From positions 1,986,001 to 2,050,000 of the forward strand of contig MU054338.1 in NCBI GenBank assembly GCA_013239625.1: a stretch of 64,000 nucleotides of DNA. Direction: 5' to 3'. The notes beneath the pieces were generated by a model. It was not told where the DNA came from. It did no database searches and saw nothing but the letters and a program-made list of their open reading frames with translations. This document shows, piece by piece, positions 1-20,260 of this stretch. Made by a program: the position numbers and the translations under genes. Within the stretch, counting starts at the first letter, position 1. Each line of letters starts with the position of its first letter. Source of the DNA: Lama guanicoe. Its lineage: Eukaryota.

Positions 1-3000
1 CCGACAGCCTTGGGGGCAGAGTCCTGCCCTGGGTGGGCCGTTCTGGTCTGGGACTGAGCCAGATGGGTGTGGGGAACTGGGTGCTCTCAGAAGGAGCCGC
101 TGTCTCTGGTCCTCCACAGAGCCCTCCACTCCCCTCAGGACAGTGAGCTGTGGGGCAGGTGTCCACAGACGGGACTGTGACATCTCACAGGCTTCGGGGG
201 CACACATGCGCGGGTTTTTTTTTTGGTGGAACTCCAGCTGCTGTCAGAACTGGGCCCCCAGGCCTCAGGCTGGCTGGCTGGGGGAATTTGTGCCACCACT
301 CGTAGGGGCCCCTCTGCCTCCCTTGTGGCCCTGGTCTCTTTCCTCTATGGGGCCTCTGGACGGTCGCTGCCCCTTGTTCCCTCTACCATTTCCCACCTCC
401 AGTCTCAGCCACCCTGCCCGTGGCCCAGCACAGAGCTCTGTGGGCCTCAGAGATGTTTGCCCAGTGACTTTGATTTGTTAATTGAACAAAGTTGCCCCAG
501 GCAGATGGAATGGGGGTAACCAGGTGCCCCAGCTTTGGGTGGCCTCACATCTCACCTGGATGTGAGGCTTTGTATGGACAGAGACTCCGGGGGGACAGCT
601 TGCAGCTGCCGCCCTCCCGAGGCCCTCCTGTGAACCGGCACGGGGTGGGCTGTCTGTGAGGGCTCCCGTGCGAGCCAGCGCCAGCAGTGGGGGGGACCGC
701 GGCTCCCCTGCCCGCACACTCTCCTGTCTGGGGTCAGGGTGATGATGTCCGTGGGGCTCTTGGCACACAGTTGGTGCTCAGCAAAGCAGAAGGCGTTGTT
801 GGCCCCGTCACCACCACTCTTCCCACCGGGGGCTTTGCCGGAGTCCGCGGCAAGCCCACCAGGCCAGAGCCGGAGGGGCGGAGGGTTCTGTCCCTGAGTG
901 CCTCCTGAGCCCGGGTGTTCTCTTTTGCAGAAGGACAGTCGTCAGACCGATATTGGGTGATGGGAGGAGTGAGGGTGATGCACTTCACACTAGGGGGTGC
1001 GTCTGCCCTGATGCTTCTTCTCTCGGTGTCGTCGGGGCTCCCTCTGCTAGGAGCAGAACCCCCTTTTCCTGCCACCGGGCCCCTGGAACTTGGCCCTCAG
1101 AGCTCGGCCATCTGGTTCCCTATTATGGTTCCAGCCCGGCTGGTGCGGGGCCTGGTGGGCGCACCCTTGGAAGGAGTGGCTCCCAGCAGGACCTGCCCGA
1201 AACCACCCTTCCTGCGCCATGGAGGTTTGCTTCCCACCGCTGGCTGGTCGGGCCTAGAATTGACAGGTCCGACCCCTCACCAAGGCCTGTGGGGTGGAGT
1301 TTGAACGGGAGGCGGGTCGTCCTGTCTCTGCTCCATCAGCCCTCTCATCCAAGTCTCAATGGGTGGGCAGGGATCCTCCGTTCCCCAGGCCTAGCAACTG
1401 TCCACACACCTGCAGGTGGGCCACACGGCAGGGCTGGGCGGGACTGGGGGCTCACACCGGGTCTCCCCAGCTCTGAGAGCTGGGCTGCAGGAGGGGCTGC
1501 AGTAGGACCCAGCACGTGGGGACAAAAGTGGGGCCTTGGAGTTACCCCAGGCGGTAAGGCTGGCCCTGCCGACTCACCTGCCGCAGGGCGGGGATCAGAT
1601 GAAGGGGAATGTCCAGAGGGCCCTCTTGTCATCCGCTTGGTCTTCCTGGCCCTAGTCCACGCAGGCGCCACTGGCGCGTTGTCCCCGAAGGCCCCGTGGC
1701 CGGCCCGGGAGAGCTGTTCCCGTGCCCCTGCCTTCTCCCCGTTCTCTGGGGAGATGGACGTGTGTGAAGCCAGGAGACCCGAGTCTGTTAAGGTCTGGCA
1801 GGTACTGACTGTGTGACCTCAGCAAATCTGCTTGACCTCTCTGTGCTTCACCTCCCTCACCTGTCCTGGGGGGGTGGGGTGCTAGCTGTCCCCCTGAGTG
1901 AATGAGTGAATGAATGATAGAGCGAGCGGGAGCTGGGGGAGCATGTAATCGCCATCCTCGGCTGCGCGAGGGTTCTGCACTTCCTCTGTCTCCCAGTGTA
2001 AGGTTGGCCCCCGCTTTGATCTCGGACCTGTTAACACAGCTTGAGGCCTGTGTTGGATTTCTGGACTGTGTTTCCAGGAGCCCAGATCCCCTCAGTGCTC
2101 TCCTCTGGGCCTCGTGTGGTCCTGGGGTTCTGGGTTCATTACCCACATCCTAAAGTCATGGGTGGCTGGATGGCAGCCCCAAACCTCAGCTTCGGAGTCC
2201 AGCACTAGGGTTCTCTTGCTGGGTGGCAGCTACCCGCCCCGGGGGTGTGGATGCTGGGGCGGGTGTTTCCGCGCTGCGCACCTCGAGTCCTTCCGAGGTG
2301 CTGTCGACCAGTGCCATCCTCCCTGCCCCTCTTCTCTCCCCCATGGAGGTGGCTGCCCAGGGCGCCAGGGCTCAGACTTACTTCCTCCTGATTCGCTGTC
2401 CTAGATCCTGGCGGACCAGCGGAGGAGGAGTGGTGGCGCTCCCCTCACCCTGGGAGCTGTCTTCCTCTTCTGCAGTTGGCTTGGCTGGGGCGGTGGTGGG
2501 GCCACTGAGCCACCAGAGGGCTTCCTGCAGGCTCCCAGCCTGCTGTGTGTGACCCCTGCCAGGCCCCCAGGGGTGGGATCTCCCCACGCCTGGGCTGGAC
2601 CCCCAGACTGCCAGGGCCCCCGTTCTTGAAGCAAGGACTGGCGATGCAGAGGACCCATGGGGGACACATGCTGGAGCCAGTCCTGGGGACCGGGGCCAAG
2701 TGCATTTGGTCCATTCAGGAAGAATGGGTGGGCAGCCACTGAAGGTTTTTGAGCTGAAGGGTGTGGGTGACCAGATCTTCGAGGGGGAGCTGACTGAGGG
2801 CTGGGCAGGACGAGTGGGAGCTGGCCAGGACCCCGGGCATTGGTCACAGTCGTGGAACTGGATGGGCGGCCAGCCCCACATGGGCCCAGCCCAGAGGTCC
2901 AGGCAGACCTCGCACCCCGAGACTTCTTTGGGTGGGTGAACATTGGGCTGAGTGTGTCGGGGTCCCAGTGCCCCAGCACCCAGCACCGGGTGCTGGCAGC

Positions 3001-4084
3001 GTGCGGGCTGAGCTGGCCCTGGAGCTCGGCACCTGGAAAGGAAGCCGGGCTGCTCTGGCCAGCTCCACGGGCTCAGGGCCTGTCCCTCCCTCCTTCCCGG
3101 GCACAGTGGTGGCCGAGTGCCTCGAGCCAGCTGGGCCTGCTGCTTCCAGGGCCGAGGGCCCACGGCCCCTGCTTCCCGCCTCTCGCCTCCCGCCTCCCAC
3201 GCTGCTGTTCTTGCCCTTGGAGTCTCCCGCGGGGCTGGTGCCTGTCGCTCAGTCGCTGTCAGCCCAGAGCGCAGGTGATACAGGACCCTCAGCACTGGAT
3301 GGTGGGCTCTCCGCGGGGGCCTTGCCTCTCTGCGGCCGCCACCTCCACACCCTCTTTCTCTTTCCTTCTTGGCAAAGTGACATTGCCCGGGTGGGGTCAC
3401 TGACCATCCTATGTCCCGGGCCTCGCTCGCTGTCCCCGGCGCGTCCCTTTGGCTGCACTCTGCCCAGCTTCACTGACATAAATGCTGGGAGCAGGGGCAC
3501 CGTGTGAGGAGGAGTCACGTGTGTGTTGTGGGACGTGCCCTGCGGGCGGGTCAGTCACCGCCTTCGTCACCTCACTGTGCCTTCTGCATCTCCAGCACTC
3601 AGTCACATCCACTGTCTTCGCAGTAGCCACTCTGCCCGCCCGCGTGGGATGCGCAGATGGGACCGTGAGGCCCTGTCCAGGACCTCTGACATCTCCAGGG
3701 GCCAAGTCCCACTTCCCGTCTCTTGGTTTTAGGGGGGTGTCCCAGGCCCAGCACATTGCCCCCTTCTCCGTCAGCTGCGCTCTGGTCGCTGCTTAGGGCT
3801 CCTCCGTGGACACTCCCCGCCCGCTGTCCCTCCAGGGCCGCTGCTGTGTACACGGGTGTGCATGTGAGACCCTTCGGGGCGCCTGCACCGCCTGTCCTCC
3901 ACCTGTCATGGGGAGGGAAGCCGTCTTGGTCTCCCCACGCCCTTGTGCTCACGCGGCATCCTTTCCCAGCAGCGCCCCGGCCTGAGTGGCCACCGTATCC
4001 GCCTTGGCTGACCTGTGGGGCTGCAGGGGGTCGGGCTCTTGGGCCCACTGTTTAGTGTTTCCAGTGTGAGGCCCTTCCAAATGG

Positions 4085-4270
4085 GCCAAAAACGGGGGTT
4101 CTGACCCAGGCGATCCTGTCTCAGGGTACACTGGGTGGTGTGTCTGGGGACATCCGTGGTCGTCATGACTGGGGCCCCTGGCATCGAGTGGGTGGGGGCC
4201 GGGGAGGCTGCTCCACAGCCCGCAGCACCCAGGACGACCCTGGTGTCAGCAGTGCCCGGGGGCCCTGGGC
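4085..4270. mobile_element. MER20-like DNA transposon relic
   Basis: tgtctggggacatccgtggtcgtcatgactgggg...tggcatcgagtgggt...gctgctccacagccc follows the recalled MER20 layout. Confidence 0.65.
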
Positions 4271-5079
4271 CGGAGGACACAGTGCGGGACACAGTGCTCC
4301 TGTGTGCTGGCCTTCCTCCCCCGCAGTGTGCAGGGAGGGAGCAGTGCGTGGCTCCCTCTGTGGAGACGTGGGCTCAGTGCCGGCTTCCCACTCCTCCTGC
4401 CTTGGAACTCGGTGGGGGGCTTGGTGGCAGCAGCGTCTGGCTCTGGTTGATGTTGTGGCAGGAGGAGGTGGGGGTGGTGTCAGGGTAGTTACTGCTTGGT
4501 GACAGAACCAAAGTCATGTTTATTCTTAAAAGGACTGGAGGCCTTGAGAGAGGTCCTGGAAAGGGGGGCTGCAGCCAGGCCCCTGCTTTGTCCAGTCTGA
4601 GACTCAGCTTTCCCTGGGTAAGCTCAGGCCCGTGGCCAGTTACTCAGATGCTGGAGGAAGGCCTCCTGCTGGAGGACAGTGAGGTCAGTGTGGGGTACAC
4701 AGACCAGGAGCTCAGGGTCAGGGAGGTGAGCTGCAGGCGCCTGAGAGAGACCCCACCCTGGCAGCAGTGACGGTTCCCAGTGCAGAGGGAGAGCTGCCTG
4801 CCAGTGCCGGGGGGCTTCCTGGAGCCCTGGCCACGGCACCGTGGCAGTTGAGGGGGCCAGCATCTTAGGCAGGGCACAGCTCAGGCATGTCTGGAGGTGG
4901 GCGGATGCAGGCGACTCAGAGCCGGGGATTAGTGGGGAGCCTAGATATGAGGGTTGGAGTGAGTTTGGAAGGTTCTGAGTCCCCAAAAGGGGGCACTGGG
5001 GCTTCAGTCCGTGGGTAAACAGGGCCCGTGTTGGTTACTAAGCAGGGGTTTGAGGACGTATGTCCTTAGCACTTAGAAG

Positions 5080-5530
5080 TTCTCTCTTGCTGTGTAAGAA
5101 AATCATGCCGTACTTTAGTAGCTGAAAATAGGGAACAACTGTCATCTCCCACGGATTCTGAGGGTCAGGAGTCTGGGTGGTTCTGGCTCAGGGTCTCACA
5201 TGAGGCCACAGGGAAGCTGTCGGCCGGGTCTGCTTCATCTGAAGGCTTGACCGGGGCCAGAGGAGCCGCTTCCAGGGTGTCCCCTCACGTGGCTCCTCCC
5301 CACGGGGTCCCCGCAGCGCTGCCCCAGCCCACTGCCGCCAGTGAGAGTCCCAGAGAAAGCAGGGGGCCCAGGGCCTCCAAGGGCCATCTCAGAGGGGGCG
5401 CCCCACCAGTGGTCAGATCCTGCTGGTCAGAGTGAGCCAGAGTCCAGCTCGCCTCCCTGGGTGGGAGTCAGCCTCCACCCCTGGTTGTGAGGCGTGGCAG
5501 AGATTCGTGGACACGTTAAAGCCACGAAAA
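5080..5530 (-). mobile_element. MLT1-type (ERVL-MaLR) LTR relic
   Basis: gctgtgtaagaaaatcatgcc...ttctgagggtcaggagtctggg...ggctcagggtctcacatgagg. Confidence 0.5.
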
Positions 5531-6170
5531 CTGCTGTCCCCTTTTGAGGGGGTGAGTGAAAGTCGGGGGACAGGTTTGCTGTTCAGGGGGTGACAAGGCT
5601 GTGAGAGGCTGAAGCAGGAGAGGCCCCAGGGCAGGGCTGGGGCTGGGGAGGGACCACAGGGCCAGGAGGAGGATGTGGCGGCCGCTGGCCTCTTTCTGGG
5701 CGGTTTTCTTGCTGTCTCTGATCCTTCGATCCCAGGGGCAGCAGGGCCTCTGGGCGCCCCCTCAGAGGCGGGCCCAGCGTGCTGGCCTGAGCGAGGCTGC
5801 TGAGGCTGCTGCCCCTGGGCGGTGGGACTGGGAGGGCAGGGGAGGGGAGCCGGGAGCGGGGAGCACCCAGGGAGACCTCCTGCTCCCGCAGGGCCTCTGG
5901 GCAGATGGGGGAAGTGGGCCTCGGGGCTGTCCAAGTGCCGTGGTCCCAGGGCCAGGGGTGGCTTGAAGGGGGTGAGATACAGGCTCAGGGGCTGAGAAAG
6001 CAGCTTTGGGGGGCCGTGGGGTGACGACATGGTGCCCTGTGAAGCCCAGTGTGGCCTTTGACGCAGACACCAAACCCGTGCCCCAGAGGGAAGCTGTTCC
6101 TCCTGGCAGTTGTGGACTAGGAGCAGGGCTCAGCGGGGCAGTGGTGCAGGAGGCGTAGGGGGCTGTGTGA

Positions 6171-13661
<7,491 letters not shown>

Positions 13662-14116
13662 GCGGCCGCCCGCCCGCCGGGCTCTCCTGCGGACGGCTTT
13701 GCCTCACAGTCATGGGGGACGCGCCTTTCTTTCTAGACGCTCGCGCACCTTCTCACCTCCTGTCAGTGGCAGAGGCCGCCTTTTTCTGGCCTTGACTTGT
13801 GGCTCGCTTTTTTCTATTAAAAAAAAAAGGAAAAAGAAAAAACAGAACCAAGACGTCGAGAGGAGACCTCGCGAGGCCAGTGGGGGCGCCGGCCCCAGGG
13901 CCTGCCAGGAAGGCCCCCTCCCTGGCGTCTCCTTGATCTCGGAAGGACGGCGTGGAGACGCAGAGACTGGGACTTTTCTTTCTTCCTTTTTTAAGTTATT
14001 GACATCCTCACCACTCTCGCTGTTTCTGCTCACCGGACTCCAAGAAGTGGGGGTGGGTGGCGCCCCCCGCTGCCTGCCCTGGGAAGTGCCTAACCATTTT
14101 TATTTTGAGGACACAA

Positions 14117-14122
14117 AATAAA
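14117..14122 (+). terminator. Candidate proximal polyadenylation signal of GNA11
   Basis: AATAAA about 455 nt after the stop, preceded by a U-rich stretch (attttttatttt). Confidence 0.45.
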
Positions 14123-15644
14123 ACCAAGCCCCCAGGGTCCATCTCCCAGCTCTGCCCACAACGGGAGCCCTGGGGGCCCCGCAGTTCTCTGGGCTGGGCT
14201 CCCCGGCCCCGCCCTGCCCCCTGGGCCTGCTGCCCACGCAGGCTGGGGAGCCCCCTGGAGCCCGGGAGCCAGGAGGAGGCCCAGGAGTGGCTGTTTATTT
14301 TGTTCTATTTCGTAGCCAACTTGGAAACAGTGAGGTTGGGGTGGGGACTCTTCCAGAATATTCTCAGGTCTGCCCCAGAGAGGTAGAGCAGGAGGGAGGG
14401 AGGGAGGGTCGCACTGGTGGGTCTGTGGCGTCGAGCTCGGGCTCACGTCTGTGCCCGCCTGCGGGGAGGGCCACACCGCCTGGGCCACCCCGCGCTGAGC
14501 CGTGGTGGGCCCTCAGCCGTGGCCGCACTTGGAGGCGCCTCCCAGGGGGGCTGAAGGTGGGAAGCAGGGGGCGCTGGTTTCTGGGGAGGGGTGCTGTTTC
14601 ACCCCTCCGTTTATCTGGGGGTTGTGGACTGAGCACTGCGGTGGTTGGTTTTGTGTGGTTGGCGGTTTTGCACAAACGTGGGGTAAGTGGACGCCCGAGA
14701 TGCCTTGCACCCGCCCGGCACGTCTGGCCCCTACAGGGCTGCACTCGGTACGCCTTCAACGTATACAAGGGAACAGCTCAAAACTCAAACCAGCCCCGTG
14801 CCAGCCCTGGCCCCGCCGGGCTCTTAGGGCCCCGGGCGGGGGCTGCGTCCCTGTGGTTACCCTGCCTGCTGGGTGCGGGACGGGCGGGGCCCAGGCTTCT
14901 GAGCTTGTTCTCTGGCGTCTCCACCCCAGGGCCCCCTTTTGTGCCACGTGTCCGCTTGAGAGGGTTTGTGCCTGAATCCTGGTGCACGCCGTGGGGGCAG
15001 GTGGTGCCGCTGGCGGTGGGCCTCCTGAGGGCCTGGGTCACACAGGGGTGGGGGTTGGGCTTCGAGGGCTGGCGTGAGCATGTCGGGGGGCCCCCAAAGT
15101 ATTGACTTCCCGAGGGGGTCAGTGTGCCGAGACCCCAGGACAAACCTGGGGGCAGTGCCAAACCTCCCCGCCTGGGCCTGCTGGCCCAGCCCCTCCCTCA
15201 CCCAGTGTGAGGTGAACTTCACCTCGGGGCACTTCCCCCGAGTGCGGACCTCCCAGCCCCTCCCGCCGTGTCTGGCCGCCCAGCAGAACTGCCCTCGCAG
15301 TGCCAACGCCCCCGGTGGCCATGGGGGACCGTGCCTGCCGGCGGGGACCTCATCTGGTTGTCCTTGTATATTATACAGTCCTGATTTCCCACGATTCCAA
15401 CCTTAACCTATTTAAAAAAGAATGTTATATAAAAATGCTGTTTTTAAACCTTTTGTCATTTGAAATGCATGTATTGTCTGTGCGGGCTGAGGGACGGGCG
15501 CTGTCAGCTCAGTGCCGACCTTCTGTGGCCAAAGCTGCCCACGTCCAGGCAGCGGGTCGGGGCCCTGACCCCTTAATCCAGAGATCCCTGATGGAAATTG
15601 ACTTTTCATATCTTTCTCCTGAAATGAATTCTGTTTTAAATTGG

Positions 15645-15650
15645 AATAAA
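15645..15650 (+). terminator. Candidate distal polyadenylation signal of GNA11
   Basis: AATAAA ending an AU-rich block (15360-15660) in otherwise GC-rich DNA, followed by U-rich sequence. Confidence 0.65.
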
Positions 15651-16054
15651 TTTTGTTCCTAAACGCTTGGTCCCCTCTGGCTTATTTCCTGCCGCTGGCT
15701 GGGGGTGGGGTGCAGCAGAGGGCTCCCGGAGGCCCCCGGGGTGGGGTCTGAGCTCACAGGAGCCACTGCAGGCCGCCTGGGGGTGCGCCTCCTATGCTGG
15801 GCTGCCGCCACGTACCCGGGCCCCTGCTCTGACGTGTGCTTCGCCGGCTCTTGACCTGAAGTCGATGTGTCTGTGCTGTGGGCTGGGTGACGAGGGCGGA
15901 GACCCGAGGTGGGGAGGAGCCCCGGCTCTGGACGGCCCTCGCTGCTCACGTCAATGGGGTGGCCTTGGGAAGGTGCACCCCGTCCCCGGCCCCATTTCTG
16001 TAAAGCGAGATGTTGGACCAGCAATGTCCCCGAAATCTCTTTTTTCCTTAAAAA

Positions 16055-16685
16055 TTTATTTTTAAATTGTAAGTACACACAACATACAATCTACCATCTT
16101 AACCATTTTTAACTGTACAATTCAGTGACGTTGCCTTCACTCACAATGCTGTGCGACTATTTCTGTCGTGCACTGTCTTCTCCAAAACACTTTCATCACC
16201 TCAGAAACTGTCACCAGGAGACACTCACTCCCAGCCCCTCCCCCAGCCCCGGCCCCACAGTCTACTCTGTCGCTGTGGGTGTGACTCCTCCAGGGACCTC
16301 CTGTGAGTGGGACCAGAGTATGTGTCCCGTGTCTGGTTCTCCCACTGAGTATCACGTCCTCAAGTTCCATCCACGCTGTAGCAGGTGCCCGAAGCGCCTT
16401 CCATCTGGCTGAGTGATATTCCACTGTGGATGGACCGCATTTTGTTCACCATCTGTAGGCGGACACTTGGGTTGTTTTCACCTCTTGGCTCCTGTGAACC
16501 TGGGTGTGCAGATATCTCTTTGAGATTCTGCTTCCAATTCTACTGCGTATAGACCCAGAAGTGGAACTGCTGGGTCCCGTGGTGATTCAGTTAAACCGTT
16601 TGAGGAACCACCAGACTTTTCCACGGTGCTGCCCCATTTCACATTCCCATCAGCCATGCACCAGCGTCCCATTTCTCCACACCCC
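16055..16685 (-). mobile_element. L1MB-like LINE 3' fragment
   Basis: aacatacaatctaccatcttaaccatttttaactgtacaattcagtg...atagacccagaagtggaactgctggg. Confidence 0.75.
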
Positions 16686-16699
16686 CCTCCAGTTTTATT

Positions 16700-17310
16700 T
16701 ACTCACTCATCAGTGGGATGGGAATGCCTTGAAGGCCCTGTGTGGGCCAAGCACGGTCCTAAGCACTGCAGATAAGGAGGAGGGGGAGACACTCTATCAC
16801 CATGACTCAATCATGAAGAAATACTGAGCAGGGACATGAGAGCAGTAGTGGCCACTTCAGACAGGCTGTTCAGGAAAGGCCTTTCTGAGAAGGTGGCATA
16901 TGAGTAGGATCCTGGAAGACGTGAAGGGAACAGGCCATGCCATGATCTGAGGGAAAGGCTTTCCAGGCAGAGGAAACAGCAGGTGCGAATGCCCTGGGAC
17001 AGGACCATGCCTGGCGTGTTGGAGGAACAGCAAGGAGGCCCGTGTGGCTGCAGCAGAGTGAGTGAGGGGGAGAGAGGGAGGAGGGGAGGGCACGGAGGGG
17101 ACAGAGCAGGTCGTACAGGGCCTTGTGGACGGTGGGGAGCACTTACCCCAGGGAGGAGAGAGCCCTGGAGGGCTGTAGGCAGAAGAGGACGAGACTTGAC
17201 TCAGGTGCTCACAGGTGCCCTCTGGTGGCTGCTGTGGGGAGGACAGACTGTGGGGACGGGGGATCAGCGAGGAGGGAACTGCGAGGGTCCAGTCGGGAGA
17301 CGCTGGGCTG
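16700..17310 (-). mobile_element. L2 LINE 3' fragment
   Basis: caggaaaggcctttctgagaaggtggcat...ttccaggcagaggaaacagcaggtgcgaatgccctggg. Confidence 0.7.
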
Positions 17311-17999
17311 ATCCCAGGTAGAGGCATAGGAGGGGAGTGGGATTCCGGAGGTGGGTGTGGGGAGGGAGCTCCCCCGACGCTGCTGGCCCATCTGGCCGTC
17401 GTGCCCCCTGAGGCCGGCAGATGGCGCTCGCCCGCTCTCCGCCCGCCTGCCCACCTGCCCACCTGTGGCCGGAACGCGCATCCTTCAGTGGGGTCCTCTC
17501 CGCATCCTGGTTCCAGCAGGGAAACTCAGGCAGGGAACGGCGCCCCGATACCACGGCCTGTCCAGCCAGGAGGGCCCGGTGCAAAGTGAAAACGCAGGGC
17601 CTTTGTTACAAAATCAAGAGGCTTTCAAGACGGAAAATCCTCCGGGTCCCCTGCCCACGAAGCCGGCCCAGGGGGCCCGAGAGAGACACCTGGATGTTTC
17701 CTCCTTTTGGCTGAGGTGACTCGCACTGCTGTGAACGTGAGTGCAAAGCACCCCCTGGAGACCCTGCTCTCCATCCTTTTGAATATATCCTCAGAAATGT
17801 AATCAAACACATGATTCATCAGGTAAAAGGGGGAGTGGGCCTTGTACCCCAGCCTTGGGCCACCCCTGGTGGGAGGCGGTCGTGACCTTGCGCGCCCAAC
17901 CGCAGCGGCCAGTGCTCTCATCAGCTGAGGACTGCGAGGTACTCCGGAACTGTGTAAACATCCTATTCCTCACTAAACAGAAAGGACATTTTTAGTATC

Positions 18000-19480
18000 A
18001 AAGAAATAGCAAGGAAATCGTCCTTTATGAATAAAGGAGAGACTTCTGGATTGAATACATTTAGGTATATGACACGCACCGGAGCCAGTGGGGGAGTGTA
18101 AACCAGCGCATGCGCTTTGGCGGAAGAGCGTTAATAGCTGGGAAGTGCTTGTAACCCGGCAGCTCCACAACTGCTGTTTATTTACAGGCGCTCAGCCGTG
18201 TGGTCTCCAAAAAGGCACAGACTGAATGTGCACAGCCACCCTGCTCGTTACAGTCCCAAACTGAGATGGAACCAATGGCCCGTCAACTGTAGAACAGACG
18301 CATGACACAGCATGGTGACGACAGTTCAGAGCACTGTGTTGCATGTTTGAAAGCTGCTGAGAGGGTAGATCGCAAAAGCTCTCATCCCAAGGGAAAAGGG
18401 ACTCTGTGTGTGCTCATGTGTGTTAACGAGGCTCACTGAGGCGCTCATTTCACAACAGAGACAAACAGAGAACCATTATGTCCTACAGCTGAAACTCGTA
18501 TGCTATGTACCAACTCTGTCTCAGTTTAAACAAACAGAATTAGAATGCCCATATGGGTGGTGGGACAGTCACCCAGTGGAATAGTGTAGGGCAGTGGGAA
18601 TTAGTGAATATCAACCACATGCAACAATCTGATTTATGACACAGACAAAACACTGAGCGATAGGTAGAAACCAGAAAGACCAGAAATTGTCTTGTGCAAC
18701 TGCATATTTACACAGTGTTCAAAACTGGCAGAAACTGAACATGACTTTTCGGGTTGTTTAATCCGGTTGTAAATTTATAAAGAAAAGCAATGAAGGCTGG
18801 AGGCACATTACATAGGAGGGTCATAAGAGAAATCAGTTCACCATGAGGACATAAGAATCCTAAATGTGTCTGCTCAAAATAGGTGAAGCAAAATGGGGTG
18901 ACTAAACGGAGAAACAGATAAGTCCACAATTACACTTCAGAGCTGCTACAGTCGGTAATTGGTAGAATGAGCGGACAGACTATTAGCAAGAAGAGGGATC
19001 TAAGCCCCACCATCAACCAGACTCACACAATATGGCGAAATGATTTTTGGCAAAGGTACAAAGGGAGTTCAACAGAGAAAGTTCAGTCTTTTTAACAGAT
19101 GATGCTGGAACAATTGGGTATCTGTATGCAAAAAAAAAAAATTAAATTGAAAAACCCTCTACCTAAACAAAAATGAACTCAAGAAGGATCATAGATTTAA
19201 ATGTAAAACAATAAAACTCCCAGAAGAAAACACTAGAGAACTTCTCTGCGGCCTTGGGTTTGGCAACGTGTTCTTAGATACATCACCGAAAGCAGGGCCC
19301 ATGAAGGAAAAAAAAAAGTGGTAAACTGAGCATCGTCAAGATGAAACACAAAGGACACAGTCAAGAGGATGGAAAGCCAAACCTCAGGCTGGGGAAAAAA
19401 TTTGCAAGCCACACACCTGAGAAATGACTTGTATCCAGACTGCATAAAAGGTTCTCCAAATGCAATAATCAGAAAGCAAA
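18000..19480 (+). mobile_element. Patchwork of old L1 fragments
   Basis: AT-rich; tttgaaagctgctgagagggtagatcgcaaaagctctcatc and atgatgctggaacaattgggtatctgtatgcaaaaaa match L1 3' UTR/ORF2 motifs. Confidence 0.6.
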
Positions 19481-19489
19481 CCCACCGAA

Positions 19490-20260
19490 CCCTCCTGCAC
19501 TGTTGGTGGGAATGCAGTTTGGTGAAGCCATTATGGAAAATATGGAGGCTCTTTAAAAAGCTAAAAACAGACTTACCATATGATCCAGCAATCCCACTCC
19601 TGAGCATACATCTGGAAAAGAAAAAAACTCTAATTTGAAAAGATGCATGCACCTCAGTGGTCACAGCAGCACTATTTACAATAGCCAAGACATGGAAACA
19701 ACCTAAATGTCCATCAGCAGATGACTGGATAAAGAAGTTGTGGTATATTTATACAGTGGAATATTACTCAGCCCTAAAAAGAATGAAATAATGCTATTTG
19801 CTGCAACATGGATGGTCCTGGAGATCGTCATACTAAGTGAAGTAAGCCAGACAGACAGAAAAATACCATATGCTATCACTTATATGTGGAATCTAAAAAA
19901 TAAAAGACACAAAATGAACTTCTTTACAAAATAGAAACAGACACACGGACATAGAGAACAAACTTACAGGTACCAGAGGGGAAAGAGGATGGAAAGGGAT
20001 AAATTGGGAGTTCAAGATTTGCAGATACTACTACATATAGACAAACAACAAGTTTCTACTGCATAGCACAGGAAACAATATTCAGTATCTTGTAGTCACC
20101 TACAATGAAAAAGAATCTGAGAAGGAATATATGCACATATACGGAAGATTGAAACAGTATTTTGCAGACCAGAAACTGACACAACATTGTAAACTGACTA
20201 TACTTCAATTAAAAAATAAATAATAAATATAACTAAAGAAACGTGACAAAAAGAAAGAAA
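19490..20260 (+). mobile_element. Younger L1 3' end (ORF2 tail, 3' UTR, A-rich tail) nested in an older L1
   Basis: ORF2 C-terminal remnant [14 protein letters not shown]...[12 protein letters not shown]; ends tgtaaactgactatacttcaattaaaaaataaa. Confidence 0.85.

Noticed and set aside
13816..13843. ATTAAA just after the GNA11 stop
   Set aside because: It runs directly into a genomic A-tract, so it is more likely an oligo-dT internal priming site than a true signal.
19233..19934. ORFs resembling L1 ORF2 as possible genes
   Set aside because: Short frame-broken remnants of a 5'-truncated L1.
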